Notes under the pieces: generated by a model
Told to the model about the DNA's origin: nothing
The model's input: the letters and a program-made list of their open reading frames with translations, nothing else
The model's database searches: none
Assembly (NCBI GenBank): GCA_024654065.1
Contig: JANLIQ010000076.1
Coordinates: 1-44,109 of the forward strand
DNA: 44,109 nucleotides
Direction of reading: 5' to 3'
Source of the DNA: Candidatus Berkelbacteria bacterium
Lineage (GTDB): Bacteria > Patescibacteriota > UBA1384 > 2-12-FULL-50-11
Made by a program: the position numbers and the translations under genes
Shown: positions 27,455-38,350 of the stretch, in pieces
Position numbering within the stretch: the first letter of the stretch is position 1
How the letters are laid out: the number at the start of each line of letters is the position of its first letter

Positions 27455-27786
27455 TTATAATCTATCTCAAACTGAAATCTTGGTATTTTAATATTTGTAT
27501 TATTCTTCTCTAGTTTTGTCGCTCCGGTGTTAATATCATCAGCGTACTCTGGTCTAGTGGTATCGGTTATGGTATTTGGTAAAGCAATTTTTTGTTGTCC
27601 GACTTTAGAATGATCACTCGATTTTAAGCGGATTGTTGTCGGACCAACATTGCCAGTTGTGCCTGAGTCCGGAGATAGATAACCTTTCCAATCAACAACG
27701 ATGCCTGAGATTAAAATTATCAAAATCGCTCCAAGTCCAATAATGGCAAACGAATGGCGATGGAGAAACTTCTTTAATAAACTCAT
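27451..27786 (-). CDS. Small single-TM protein, paralog of 22542..22904
   Basis: Start at MSLLKKFLHRH. TM, DWKGYLSP and C-terminal IPRFQ..I.Y. ATGA overlap with the downstream gene. Confidence 0.75.
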   Translation of the reverse strand: MSLLKKFLHRHSFAIIGLGAILIILISGIVVDWKGYLSPDSGTTGNVGPTTIRLKSSDHSKVGQQKIALPNTITDTTRPEYADDINTGATKLEKNNTNIKIPRFQFEIDYK

Positions 27787-27805
27787 CGTAAACCAAAAAT
27801 CATGC

Positions 27806-29344
27806 CTAACGGTTTTCCAAAACAACGCTTACCGCCGAAGGCAGGTAACTTACTAGACTAATTCCTTCGGGGAGGGTGAAATCAGATAATTTGATCGTAA
27901 TGGAATATGTCCCAGCCGACTGATAAGGCGAAAGGCTTAGTTTAAGTTTGGCTGTACCGTCTGCCAGATTACTTAAAATTGTTGACGGTCCAGAAACTAA
28001 GACTGAAACTGAGCTTGGCGTAAGAGAAGTTACTTTTAGAAGTGAGCTTAATCCATCGTACTCAATTTCGGGAACGATGGTTTTTACCGTACTAGTAAGT
28101 TCTAAGTCGATCTTGGCACTTATTTTGCTAGTTCCGTCCGCAATGGTAACACCTGAGGGTAAAGATAAAGTAATTGAAACAGTAGTATTACTACTCAGAG
28201 CAGCAACGGGAATTGGTTCTGTTGGAATCTCAGTTAAATTAGCTAGTTGATCAGCTGAGCCCGTAACGGTCACTACTGATGGATCAACGATAATAGATTT
28301 GATCCAAAAACCACTTGCGGGTTGACCTGATGTAATTGGACGAATGCCAACGGTTTTCAAATTTCCAGCTTTTACCAAATTAATTGTGGCCTCAACTTCA
28401 GTTGGATTAAAACTGACCGAACCAATAACTTCACCAGCAGAATTAAGGGCAACTAAACTAAACTTCTGAATTATTTTTTGGATTTCTCCATTTAATTTAA
28501 CTTGAATAAATGCTTGAGATAAATTAGTTAAAACAGATTTTGGTCCCCTTGCTTCAACCTTCAATGGCTCATAGGTTGGTTCATCGGGTACTAAATCATT
28601 TCCAGCTTTACCAGAAAATTTAGCTATTACGGTCACAGTTTTTTTAATAACAGGTTCAACAGTAACTACAACATTACTGGGGTTAATCCTAACTATTGTC
28701 ACATCTTGAATTTTAGAAGTTAGTTTTACCGGCAGGTCGTAAGTTCCTTCTCCACGAGCGGCTACATCGACAGTAGCGGAAAAGTTATCTGCCGTTAAAG
28801 ACTTCCACTTATTATTTTGGGCACTAACAATTATTTTTGTGTTTACTTGGCTACCAAAGCTTGCTGCCATTCCTTCAGGAAGATTGACAGCCACCAATGG
28901 AACACCACTTGGAAGTTCGGCAGTTTTGGCTCCGATACCACTAACTAATCCCACAATTAAAAAAGAACCTATTAAAGAGAAAAAACCAATAAGAAATGAA
29001 TTCAAATATGGTGGTTCAGAATTGGTTAGGCTTGCCTTGTTACTAAATAATCCCAACCATCGATCATCTAAATAAAGTGGTAAACCTATAACTAGTAATA
29101 CTAAACCGAATTGGGCTAATACGTGGAGACCGGGAAGAGTAATGTAGGCACTAATAACGAGTAACGAAAGAGCTAAACCAATTAAGGAAAAATAGTTTAT
29201 ATTCTTCCTAGAATTAAAAGTTCGCACAATCAAGTACAAGATTACCGCTACCAGTAAAATATCAAAAGAAAAATATAACCAACGTGTGGTGTCACCAACA
29301 CCAAACTGCAACCATCCCTGCCAGATATCTTTCAGCGTCTGTAT
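27806..29344 (-). CDS. CdaR/YbbR-repeat protein fused to a CdaA-like N-terminal TM region (no DAC catalytic domain)
   Basis: N-terminal DILLVAVILYLI followed by hydrophobic helices. YbbR-type repeats follow (A.VD....EGTY.LPV; P..V...GP.S.L; P..VTVTGS). Start probably ATA 29344 after AGGAGG; the ORF track gives TTG 29383. Confidence 0.8.
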   Translation of the reverse strand: MQTLKDIWQGWLQFGVGDTTRWLYFSFDILLVAVILYLIVRTFNSRKNINYFSLIGLALSLLVISAYITLPGLHVLAQFGLVLLVIGLPLYLDDRWLGLFSNKASLTNSEPPYLNSFLIGFFSLIGSFLIVGLVSGIGAKTAELPSGVPLVAVNLPEGMAASFGSQVNTKIIVSAQNNKWKSLTADNFSATVDVAARGEGTYDLPVKLTSKIQDVTIVRINPSNVVVTVEPVIKKTVTVIAKFSGKAGNDLVPDEPTYEPLKVEARGPKSVLTNLSQAFIQVKLNGEIQKIIQKFSLVALNSAGEVIGSVSFNPTEVEATINLVKAGNLKTVGIRPITSGQPASGFWIKSIIVDPSVVTVTGSADQLANLTEIPTEPIPVAALSSNTTVSITLSLPSGVTIADGTSKISAKIDLELTSTVKTIVPEIEYDGLSSLLKVTSLTPSSVSVLVSGPSTILSNLADGTAKLKLSLSPYQSAGTYSITIKLSDFTLPEGISLVSYLPSAVSVVLENR

Positions 29345-29356
29345 ATCCCCTCCTAG

Positions 29357-29391
29357 ATTTAAGTATCGAGTATCAAGTGTCAAGTTTCAAG
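29357..29391. repeat. Five imperfect tandem heptamers
   Basis: ATTTAAG TATCGAG TATCAAG TGTCAAG TTTCAAG. Confidence 0.7.
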
Positions 29392-29422
29392 GGCGCTATT
29401 ATTACTAACAGACGTCTGAGTC

Positions 29423-29451
29423 TTGACGGCATCTACATACCGTGGTATGGT
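29423..29451 (+). promoter_or_regulatory. Sigma70 promoter of the candidate sRNA
   Basis: TTGACG-17 nt-TATGGT with a TGn extension. No plus-strand ORF downstream. Confidence 0.6.
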
Positions 29452-29457
29452 AATCTT

Positions 29458-29542
29458 ACAAATGGCCTTCGGGCTTTAGTCTGCGCAAGCAGACTAGGTA
29501 AATGCAAGGGAGCGGTCAGAGTAAATCTTTGGTCGCTTTTTT
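29458..29542 (+). ncRNA. Candidate ~85-nt structured sRNA convergent with and overlapping the PemK-like toxin gene
   Basis: GGCC(TTCG)GGCT, TAGTCTGC(GCAA)GCAGACTA, then terminator AGCGGTCAGAG taaat CTTTGGTCGCT TTTTT. Confidence 0.6.
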
Positions 29543-29908
29543 GATTCTTATAATCGAACTTTCCTTGGCAAGAGTGATTTTGTCTGTAAGGCGCTTAGAA
29601 CTAATGAGTCGTAACTGGGAAATCATAGCTGCACGGGTCTCTCCGTCGTTAGCTAAACACTCAACATAAAATCGGTTATCTTTCATTTTGGTCGAAAGAG
29701 GCACAGCCCAGAAAAGGAATTGATTAAACTTTCTTAGTATAATAACCGGCCGGCTAAAGGACTTGCCCTTACCATCTTCCTCGTGCCCAACATTAGCTCC
29801 GAGACGACACCACCAAATCTCTCCATCGCGAAAATATGATAATTGAACTGATTTCTCCTCTATACTCCCCTTCGCTTCGTGCCATTTCTTGTAATCCCGT
29901 TTCGTCAT
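29516..29908 (-). CDS. PemK/MazF-like toxin (orphan, CPR type)
   Basis: GEIWWCRLGANVGHEEDGKG..FSRPVIIL..WAVPLST..AMISQLRLISSKRL. Confidence 0.85.
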   Translation of the reverse strand: MTKRDYKKWHEAKGSIEEKSVQLSYFRDGEIWWCRLGANVGHEEDGKGKSFSRPVIILRKFNQFLFWAVPLSTKMKDNRFYVECLANDGETRAAMISQLRLISSKRLTDKITLAKESSIIRIKKATKDLL

Positions 29909-30007
29909 CTATTTTTCAGCATAACAAAAAAGTTCAGTGGAAAGTGTTGACTTTCGAGAACGAATTCATTATAAATACTGCATCTTCGGCCCTAAAGGAG
30001 GAACCCG

Positions 30008-30424
30008 ATGACGAACAACACCTTAAAACTAGTAGTCGCCCTGGATTGTATTCGCAACGAAGTGTGTAGTGGCATCAGTTCTAACGGGGGCGGAGCCGCA
30101 ACTGAAAAGCAGTTTAGAACTCTACACTCCAGTTTGTTCATAATAGCTGACGCCCTTAATATCGACGAGCAAACAATGTTTGCTGATTGGGGCATTACAA
30201 AAGAGACCTGGCGTCGATGGCAAAAAGGCAAACAGTATCCCTCGCTCTGGTCTCTACTGGGCCGTGAAAAAAGTCTGGTCAACTTGATCGAGCGTAGGAC
30301 GTACCTGCCGAGAGACCTCATGCGCGATGCAGCAAGAGAGTTCTATCAGGTTGTCGGAAGACTAGTTTCCCAGTTGCCTGCGGAAAATCTTTTTCCACCG
30401 CATGGGGAGATATGTGGGATGTAA
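30008..30424 (+). CDS. Hypothetical protein with XRE/Cro-like HTH
   Basis: IDEQTMFADWGITKETWRRWQKGKQYPS. Promoter TTGACT-17-TATAAA, AAGGAGG SD and a terminator. Confidence 0.6.
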   Translation: MTNNTLKLVVALDCIRNEVCSGISSNGGGAATEKQFRTLHSSLFIIADALNIDEQTMFADWGITKETWRRWQKGKQYPSLWSLLGREKSLVNLIERRTYLPRDLMRDAAREFYQVVGRLVSQLPAENLFPPHGEICGM

Positions 30425-30452
30425 GGATGGCTTATGACTGCCCTTCGAATCT

Positions 30453-30485
30453 GCCCTGGCGCACACCGCGCCAGGGCCTCTTTTT
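30453..30485 (+). terminator. Intrinsic terminator
   Basis: GCCCTGGCGC acacc GCGCCAGGGC ctc TTTTT. Confidence 0.8.
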
Positions 30486-30673
30486 ATAAATGAGATATCG
30501 TGAGGCATGACCCATCAAAAGCAGGTCAGTGAGCGGTTTTTCACCATATTTCGTTAGAGAAGCGGGTGGAGGTAGGGATCGCGAGGGGGTAGGGGGCGGC
30601 TTCGCAAATCAGCCCCCTGGTCCTCGGTTGAAGCCAGGTGGGCGCAGGCCACAACAGTTAGCTCGAAGTAACT

Positions 30674-32377
30674 CTACTCAACACTAATTTTGATAAAGGC
30701 TAGGACATCGCCTTTTTCTAATTCAGGAGCGCCTTCCATACCAACTCCACATTGTTCACCAACTTCGGCTTGATCAACAGCAACTTTACCAATCTTTAAA
30801 CCAGTCATTTTAGCCTTCCCGATTTCTTCTTTATCGCGGTAAGCAACAACTTCATCGCTCATCGTCACGATGCCTTGAGTAACATCTCCACCAGCAATAG
30901 CAATACCTTTTTTCTGAGAAAAGACTTGCAAAATTTTTAGTCGTCCTGTCTCTTCACGCACATAAACTGGAGTAGCAATTTTCTTTAATTTTTCCGTTAA
31001 AAGATCTAGAGCTTCATAGATAACCCAAAACTCACGTAATTCCACTTCTTCTTTTTCGGCTAAGTCCAACATGCGTTTTGTTGGAGTCGAACGAAATGCA
31101 ATGACTAAGGCCTTCGCCGGTTTAGCTAAATTAATATCATTTTCGTTAATCGCTCCAATGCCACTTGAAAGTATCTCAACTGTCGCATCTTTGATTTTAA
31201 GTTTAGAAATCGAATCCTCAAGTGCCGCTAAAGAACCCCCAACATCAGTTTTTAAAACTATTCTTAAGTGATTATCGTTTTCGTCTGTTACCGCTTTGGA
31301 TGTAGTTGCCGTTTGAACCACCATTGTTTTAGCGACTTTTTCATTAGGTGCTGTTATCAGACGATCACCAAATATTGGTACATTTTTTAAACCCATAATT
31401 ACAACCGGAGTGGCTGGTCCAGCAGTGACAATATTACGCCCTAGATCATTTTCTAATACTTTAATCCGACCATATGTCCCACCCGTAACAACGACCTGAC
31501 CAGCTCTGAGTGTTCCGTTATAGATAAGGACGGTAGCAATTGGACCACGTTGTTTATCCATATTGGCTTCAATAACAATGCCTTCGCTTGGAGCCTCAGG
31601 ATCAGCTTTAAGCTCAAGTAAATCGGTTGTTAAAATTACCATTTCAAGTAACTGATCCACACCCTTACCAGTCTTAGCAGAAACGGGGACGACTACAGTT
31701 TTACCACCCCATTCCTCGGGGGCTAGATCATTTTCGACTAATTGTTGTTTGACTCTTTCGATATTTGCCCCAGGTAAATCAAATTTATTTATTGCAACTA
31801 TAACCGGTACATTAGCGCTACGAGCATGGTGGAGAGCCTCAAGAGTCTGTGGTTTGACACCATCATCAGCTGCAACTACTAAAATAACTAAATCCGTAAT
31901 ACTTGCTCCGTGAGCCCTCAGAGCCGAAAATGCTTCGTGACCAGGCGTATCCACAAAAGTAATTTTTCGTTTACTTCCTTCTGAGGTTTTAAACTCAATC
32001 TGGTAAGCACTGATATGTTGGGTGATCCCACCAGATTCACCACCAGCAATGTTAGATTGTCGGATAAAGTCTAATAGAGAAGTTTTGCCATGATCAACAT
32101 GACCCATTATCGTTACGATCGGTGGTCGGGCAATTGAAGATTTTGTATCCGTACTTTTAGTAAAAACATTTGTTGCTACAACTTCTTGTTCGGCTGTCCA
32201 CCCAAATTCCTCGACCAATAGTGCTGCAGTATCATAGTCAATCGACTGGTTAATTGTTGCCATAACACCGTTTTTTATCAACTTACCAATCACGTCAGTA
32301 GCACCAACCTTCATTTTATCTGCCAACGCTCTGACGGAAATAGATTCCGGTAATTGGAGAACCTTTTGTTCGGCCAT
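30674..32377 (-). CDS. infB: Translation initiation factor IF-2 (compact)
   Basis: [35 protein letters not shown] and NKFD. Confidence 0.97.
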   Translation of the reverse strand: MAEQKVLQLPESISVRALADKMKVGATDVIGKLIKNGVMATINQSIDYDTAALLVEEFGWTAEQEVVATNVFTKSTDTKSSIARPPIVTIMGHVDHGKTSLLDFIRQSNIAGGESGGITQHISAYQIEFKTSEGSKRKITFVDTPGHEAFSALRAHGASITDLVILVVAADDGVKPQTLEALHHARSANVPVIVAINKFDLPGANIERVKQQLVENDLAPEEWGGKTVVVPVSAKTGKGVDQLLEMVILTTDLLELKADPEAPSEGIVIEANMDKQRGPIATVLIYNGTLRAGQVVVTGGTYGRIKVLENDLGRNIVTAGPATPVVIMGLKNVPIFGDRLITAPNEKVAKTMVVQTATTSKAVTDENDNHLRIVLKTDVGGSLAALEDSISKLKIKDATVEILSSGIGAINENDINLAKPAKALVIAFRSTPTKRMLDLAEKEEVELREFWVIYEALDLLTEKLKKIATPVYVREETGRLKILQVFSQKKGIAIAGGDVTQGIVTMSDEVVAYRDKEEIGKAKMTGLKIGKVAVDQAEVGEQCGVGMEGAPELEKGDVLAFIKISVE

Positions 32378-35300
32378 TATTTCTTCCCCTTTGGCTCTAC
32401 AATCTCCTCGGGCGAAACTTCGTCGGATTCGTTGACAACTGTCATGGAGACAACTTTGTCATTACCACTTGAGCGCATTAAGATAACACCCGAAGCTTGA
32501 CGTGATAGTTTTTTTACAGAAGCAATTGGTATTCGAATAACTTGACCCGTATCTGAAACAATAATTAAATCTTTAGACTGTTTATTGATAACTGTCCCAC
32601 CTGCCAGTAAACCAGTTTTAGGTGTTAATTTGGCTATTCGGATACCGCTTCCACCACGATGCTGGTTGCGAAATTCTTTAACGTTAACTTTTTTACCAAC
32701 ACCATTTTTCGAAATTACACAGATAGCCTCAGATTCATCAGTTAGAACAGTTGTTTCGATTATTTCGTCGTCTCCTTTAAGCCGCATTCCTCTTACCCCT
32801 GAGGCGCTTCGACCCATTACCCGAGCTTCTGACTCATTGTATAAAATAACCTGTCCATTTTTCGTCATTTGAGCAATCTCATCGCTCCCAGTAGTTCGTT
32901 TAACCCAAAGTAAAACATCTTTTGGTTTCAGACCAATAGCGATCACTCCACTTTTACGAACATTTTTAAATGCTTCAGTCGCAACACGTTTAACTACACC
33001 TAATCTTGTTGCAAAGAAGAAAAATCCAGCTCGATTTTTATCCGACATTGTGATTAAGGCCGTAACTTTTTCTTCGGCTTCAATTCGAATTAAGTTAGGT
33101 AGGGCAATACCCTTGCTTTGGCGACTAGAAGCTGGAATTTCGTAAGCTTTAATAGTGAAAACTCTTCCGGCATCGGTAAAGAACATAATATCGTCGTGCG
33201 TTGAAGCAAAAACAATATCAACAACAGCGTCATCCTCACGCGTTTGCATCCCAATTACACCTTTACCACCTCTTTGTTGGCTCTTATAGGTATCGGCCGG
33301 AAGACGCTTGACATAGTTACCCCGAGTCAAGCTAATTAAGACAGACTCTTCGGGAATCAAATCTATAGCCGTAAGTTGACCCAGAGCTTCAGGACGAATT
33401 TCAGTTTTACGCTCAATATTAAACTTAGCTTTCATTTCCAATAACTCGTCCTTAATAATTTTTTGAATTCTCGCTGGCTTAGCAAGAATGTCTTCCAAAT
33501 CAGCAATTAGTTTCAAAATTGCATCATATTCATCGTAAATTCGCTGACGTTCGAGATTAGCTAATTGGGACAAACGCATTTCCAAAATAGCATTGGCCTG
33601 TATCTCAGTCAGTTCGAACTGCTTCATCAATTCGGTCTTAGCCTCTTCCCGATCTTTAGAAGCTCGAATTAATTTAATGATGGCATCAAGATGATCAAGA
33701 GCAATCTTTAATCCTTCTAAAATATGGGCCCGAGCTTTGGCAATCTTCAAATCATATTCAGTTCGACGAGTAACAATAGTTATTCTATGGGCTAAGAACT
33801 CGCAAAGGACTTCCGTGACATTAAGTAATCGCGGCTGGATTCCGTCAATTAAAGCCACTAGATTATAATGGACAACAGATTGTAATTCAGTTAGCTCATA
33901 TAGTTGGTTTAAGATTTTTGAGGCCATCGCTCCAACCTTTAGCTCGACTACCACCCTCACACCATCTTTTTGATCCGACTCATCGCGAAGATCACTTATA
34001 CCCTCGATTTTTTTACTTTTGACCAAATCAGCAATATGAGTAACAAAAGTCGCTTTATTTGTTTGATATGGAAGTTCACTTACAATAATCCTGTTTCGAT
34101 TTTTCTCTTCTTGAATTTCTGCTCGTCCGCGTACCACGACTCGACCCCGACCAGTTGAAAGAGCTTCCTTAATATCATTTTGACCGTAGGCAATTCCTCC
34201 AGTAGGAAAATCAGGTCCCTTAATGATTTCGATTAATTCATCAACGTCGGCTTCTGGTTTTTCTTGTAATAAAAGTAACCCATCTATTATTTCACCGACA
34301 TTGTGAGGAGGAATATTTGTAGCTAAACCTACAGCAATTCCTTGCGAGCCATTAATTAACAGATTAGGCAAGCGCGCCGGTAAGACTACTGGCTCTTTGT
34401 GGGTACCATCGTAGTTGTCTTGAAAGTCCACCGTGTCTTTGTCAATGTCCGCCAAAAGGGCTTCTGCGGCGCCGACTAACTTTGCCTCGCTGTACCTCAT
34501 GGCCGCTGCCGGATCCCCATCCATCGAGTTGTGGACAAAGATACCGCTCGCTAGAGCAAAGTTATGACTGCCTTCAATAGTCAGATCGAATACATCTTCC
34601 CGCTCAGCTAATACTTTAATACTAATAACTTTATGGTTCTGATTGATCGAATGCAAAACTAAATTAGGATCGTTGTCGTAATATTTATTAAGCCCTATTT
34701 CCCATTTAGTTGCGCCGCCGTAATTGTACAACTCAGTTCGTTTCTTCTCATACAGTTCCTTATTGAGAGGTTTTTTATCGTTCAATACGGCCCTACAGAT
34801 GTTTAGAAACTTTGATTTACCCGTAAGATTCGTAAGTCGTCTTTTATTTGAAGCGACAATCTTTTCGTGAAAAATTTGTCGATACTCCGGCACTTGCCAT
34901 AGTCTCTTCAAGGTCTTTGAGCCACGGGTAGCTAGCTCGAGTCGCTTCTCGGGGTGGTTCTTGACAAACTCCTTATTAACCGCACTGAGAAAGAGTCGCA
35001 TTTTCTCCTGATAGGCCGGATCCTGCCAATTCTTCAGGTTTCTTTCAGACAGTCTAGCCCCATATTCTTTTCGATTTTTTGGGTCAGACCAGAATGCGGC
35101 TCGACCAATAGCTATTTTTTGTCGATATTCCTCATCTTTATGCAGTTCAGTAGCGTGTTGGTAATGAATTTCCCAGTGATCGCCCCATTCAACCCTTAAA
35201 ATGTTATCAGGATTATTGTTGAGCTTATTAAAATCGACATGATGCCTCACTCTTCCCCTGCTCTTGGAGTAGATTCCCTGGGTAAGGTTGTAATTGTCAG

Positions 35301-36111
35301 CCATGTGATGGGCCGGAACCCAGGTCTGGGTTTTGTTTTGATATATGAGTCGATAACCTTTTCTCTTGAGGCGGTCTTCTTCTGTAGAGAGCTTTTGGTA
35401 CAATGGCATTAGCGATTGGCCGGTGGTAAGATCTCGAGCTTCCTTATAGGAGCCGTCCCTCAACATAAATCGATGGTTTGGCGTACACCTTATCCTCGCA
35501 CCGTTATCAAGCCGAACTTCAATTAACTCGGCTTGAGTTTGGGTTAAGCGGGGCTTCAGGATTTCTGCGATCGAGATTAAGCCAGAATTATTAACTGTGA
35601 AAGTATAGTTTTTCTTACCGTCTTGATACTCTCTGACTAAATTCTCAAAACTAAGATTTCGGCCGTCTGCCAGTAATACCTCCGTGTCTTTGGTGAAACA
35701 ACCAAAATTACCTTGACCGTTAACAAGTGGCATTCGTAAACTCCACCATTGAGCCATTCTTACCATGGCTTCATAAATTGATGAGTCGCCATGAGGGTGG
35801 TAAAGACCCATAACTTGACCGACAATTTTTGCCGATTTTTGGTGCTTGGAATTGGCCGACAAGCCCATCTCACGCATAACATAAAGGATACGACGTTGAA
35901 CAGGTTTTAATCCGTCTCTAACATCAGGCAGGGCTCGAGCAACAATAACGCTCATGGCGTAATCTAAATAAGACTCGCTCATCTCGTCGTGAATCTGTCG
36001 TGGTTTAATTACACCGAAGTCAGTTTTTTCAGGCATCACTTTAACACTCTTATTGAGAGTATTGGGCTCGCTATCAGCTTGTCGATCTTTTTTTTCTACT
36101 TCTTCAGCCAT
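32377..36111 (-). CDS. gyrA: DNA gyrase subunit A, intein-containing
   Basis: [26 protein letters not shown] catalytic Tyr and GyrA-box QQRGGKG. Confidence 0.98.
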   Translation of the reverse strand: MAEEVEKKDRQADSEPNTLNKSVKVMPEKTDFGVIKPRQIHDEMSESYLDYAMSVIVARALPDVRDGLKPVQRRILYVMREMGLSANSKHQKSAKIVGQVMGLYHPHGDSSIYEAMVRMAQWWSLRMPLVNGQGNFGCFTKDTEVLLADGRNLSFENLVREYQDGKKNYTFTVNNSGLISIAEILKPRLTQTQAELIEVRLDNGARIRCTPNHRFMLRDGSYKEARDLTTGQSLMPLYQKLSTEEDRLKRKGYRLIYQNKTQTWVPAHHMADNYNLTQGIYSKSRGRVRHHVDFNKLNNNPDNILRVEWGDHWEIHYQHATELHKDEEYRQKIAIGRAAFWSDPKNRKEYGARLSERNLKNWQDPAYQEKMRLFLSAVNKEFVKNHPEKRLELATRGSKTLKRLWQVPEYRQIFHEKIVASNKRRLTNLTGKSKFLNICRAVLNDKKPLNKELYEKKRTELYNYGGATKWEIGLNKYYDNDPNLVLHSINQNHKVISIKVLAEREDVFDLTIEGSHNFALASGIFVHNSMDGDPAAAMRYSEAKLVGAAEALLADIDKDTVDFQDNYDGTHKEPVVLPARLPNLLINGSQGIAVGLATNIPPHNVGEIIDGLLLLQEKPEADVDELIEIIKGPDFPTGGIAYGQNDIKEALSTGRGRVVVRGRAEIQEEKNRNRIIVSELPYQTNKATFVTHIADLVKSKKIEGISDLRDESDQKDGVRVVVELKVGAMASKILNQLYELTELQSVVHYNLVALIDGIQPRLLNVTEVLCEFLAHRITIVTRRTEYDLKIAKARAHILEGLKIALDHLDAIIKLIRASKDREEAKTELMKQFELTEIQANAILEMRLSQLANLERQRIYDEYDAILKLIADLEDILAKPARIQKIIKDELLEMKAKFNIERKTEIRPEALGQLTAIDLIPEESVLISLTRGNYVKRLPADTYKSQQRGGKGVIGMQTREDDAVVDIVFASTHDDIMFFTDAGRVFTIKAYEIPASSRQSKGIALPNLIRIEAEEKVTALITMSDKNRAGFFFFATRLGVVKRVATEAFKNVRKSGVIAIGLKPKDVLLWVKRTTGSDEIAQMTKNGQVILYNESEARVMGRSASGVRGMRLKGDDEIIETTVLTDESEAICVISKNGVGKKVNVKEFRNQHRGGSGIRIAKLTPKTGLLAGGTVINKQSKDLIIVSDTGQVIRIPIASVKKLSRQASGVILMRSSGNDKVVSMTVVNESDEVSPEEIVEPKGKK
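34528..35700 (-). mobile_element. Intein (391 aa) with HNH-type homing endonuclease
   Basis: GQGNFG|CFTKDT...RCTPNHRF...[15 protein letters not shown]...H...[16 protein letters not shown]|SMDGDP. Confidence 0.93.
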
Positions 36112-36112
36112 C

Positions 36113-38068
<1,956 letters not shown>

Positions 38069-38123
38069 CTAATATATGGAGAAAACCAAGCCAAGAAAAT
38101 CATTCGAGTTTGAGTTAAATGAC

Positions 38124-38156
38124 AAGCCCCCGATCCGCGTGGAAGGGGGGCCTGGT
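38124..38156 (-). terminator. Hairpin terminator upstream of the gyrB promoter
   Basis: Minus strand CAGGCCCCC...GGGGGCTTG TCATTT. Confidence 0.5.
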
Positions 38157-38251
38157 TGACGGGGTTAGTCGGCGACACGATTGTGCCGAGTCCCGTCTTT
38201 GGGTGGTTTAGGCGTTTGACACCTGCCCACCCTGTTCGCGCCGGCTCCGGA

Positions 38252-38350
38252 TCAGCCGGTGTCCGTGGATGTGGCCGTCGAGGCCGTTGTACCGAAATAA
38301 GCTTCACCTGCGGACATGTGACCCGCAGGCCCTGCGCGTGAGTTCATCAT
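38252..38350 (-). CDS. Putative 32-aa peptide MMNSRAGPAGHMSAGEAYFGTTASTATSTDTG
   Basis: Strong SD GAGGAGGTGA and promoter TTGATT-17-TATATT. Too short for the ORF track. Confidence 0.45.
   Translation of the reverse strand: MMNSRAGPAGHMSAGEAYFGTTASTATSTDTG

Noticed and set aside
22542-27786. Small HRH-TM proteins as type IV pilins
   Set aside because: They lack the G|FxxxE prepilin cleavage motif. The resemblance is only a basic segment plus a TM.
29357-29391. Heptamer array as a type III antitoxin repeat or CRISPR
   Set aside because: The units are only 7 nt with no spacers, and they lie in the cdaR leader rather than upstream of the toxin.
29390-29515. c-di-AMP (ydaO) riboswitch upstream of the cdaA/cdaR fusion
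   Set aside because: The tetraloops and terminator are oriented on the plus strand, away from the gene, and no ydaO consensus is recognisable.
29284-29544. 86-aa plus-strand ORF as a protein antitoxin
   Set aside because: It is antisense to the cdaR start, has no SD, runs through the promoter and hairpins, and shows no AbrB or RHH features.
38168-38254. Selenocysteine readthrough at TGA 38252
   Set aside because: There is no Cys-like redox context, no recognisable SECIS and no sel genes in view.
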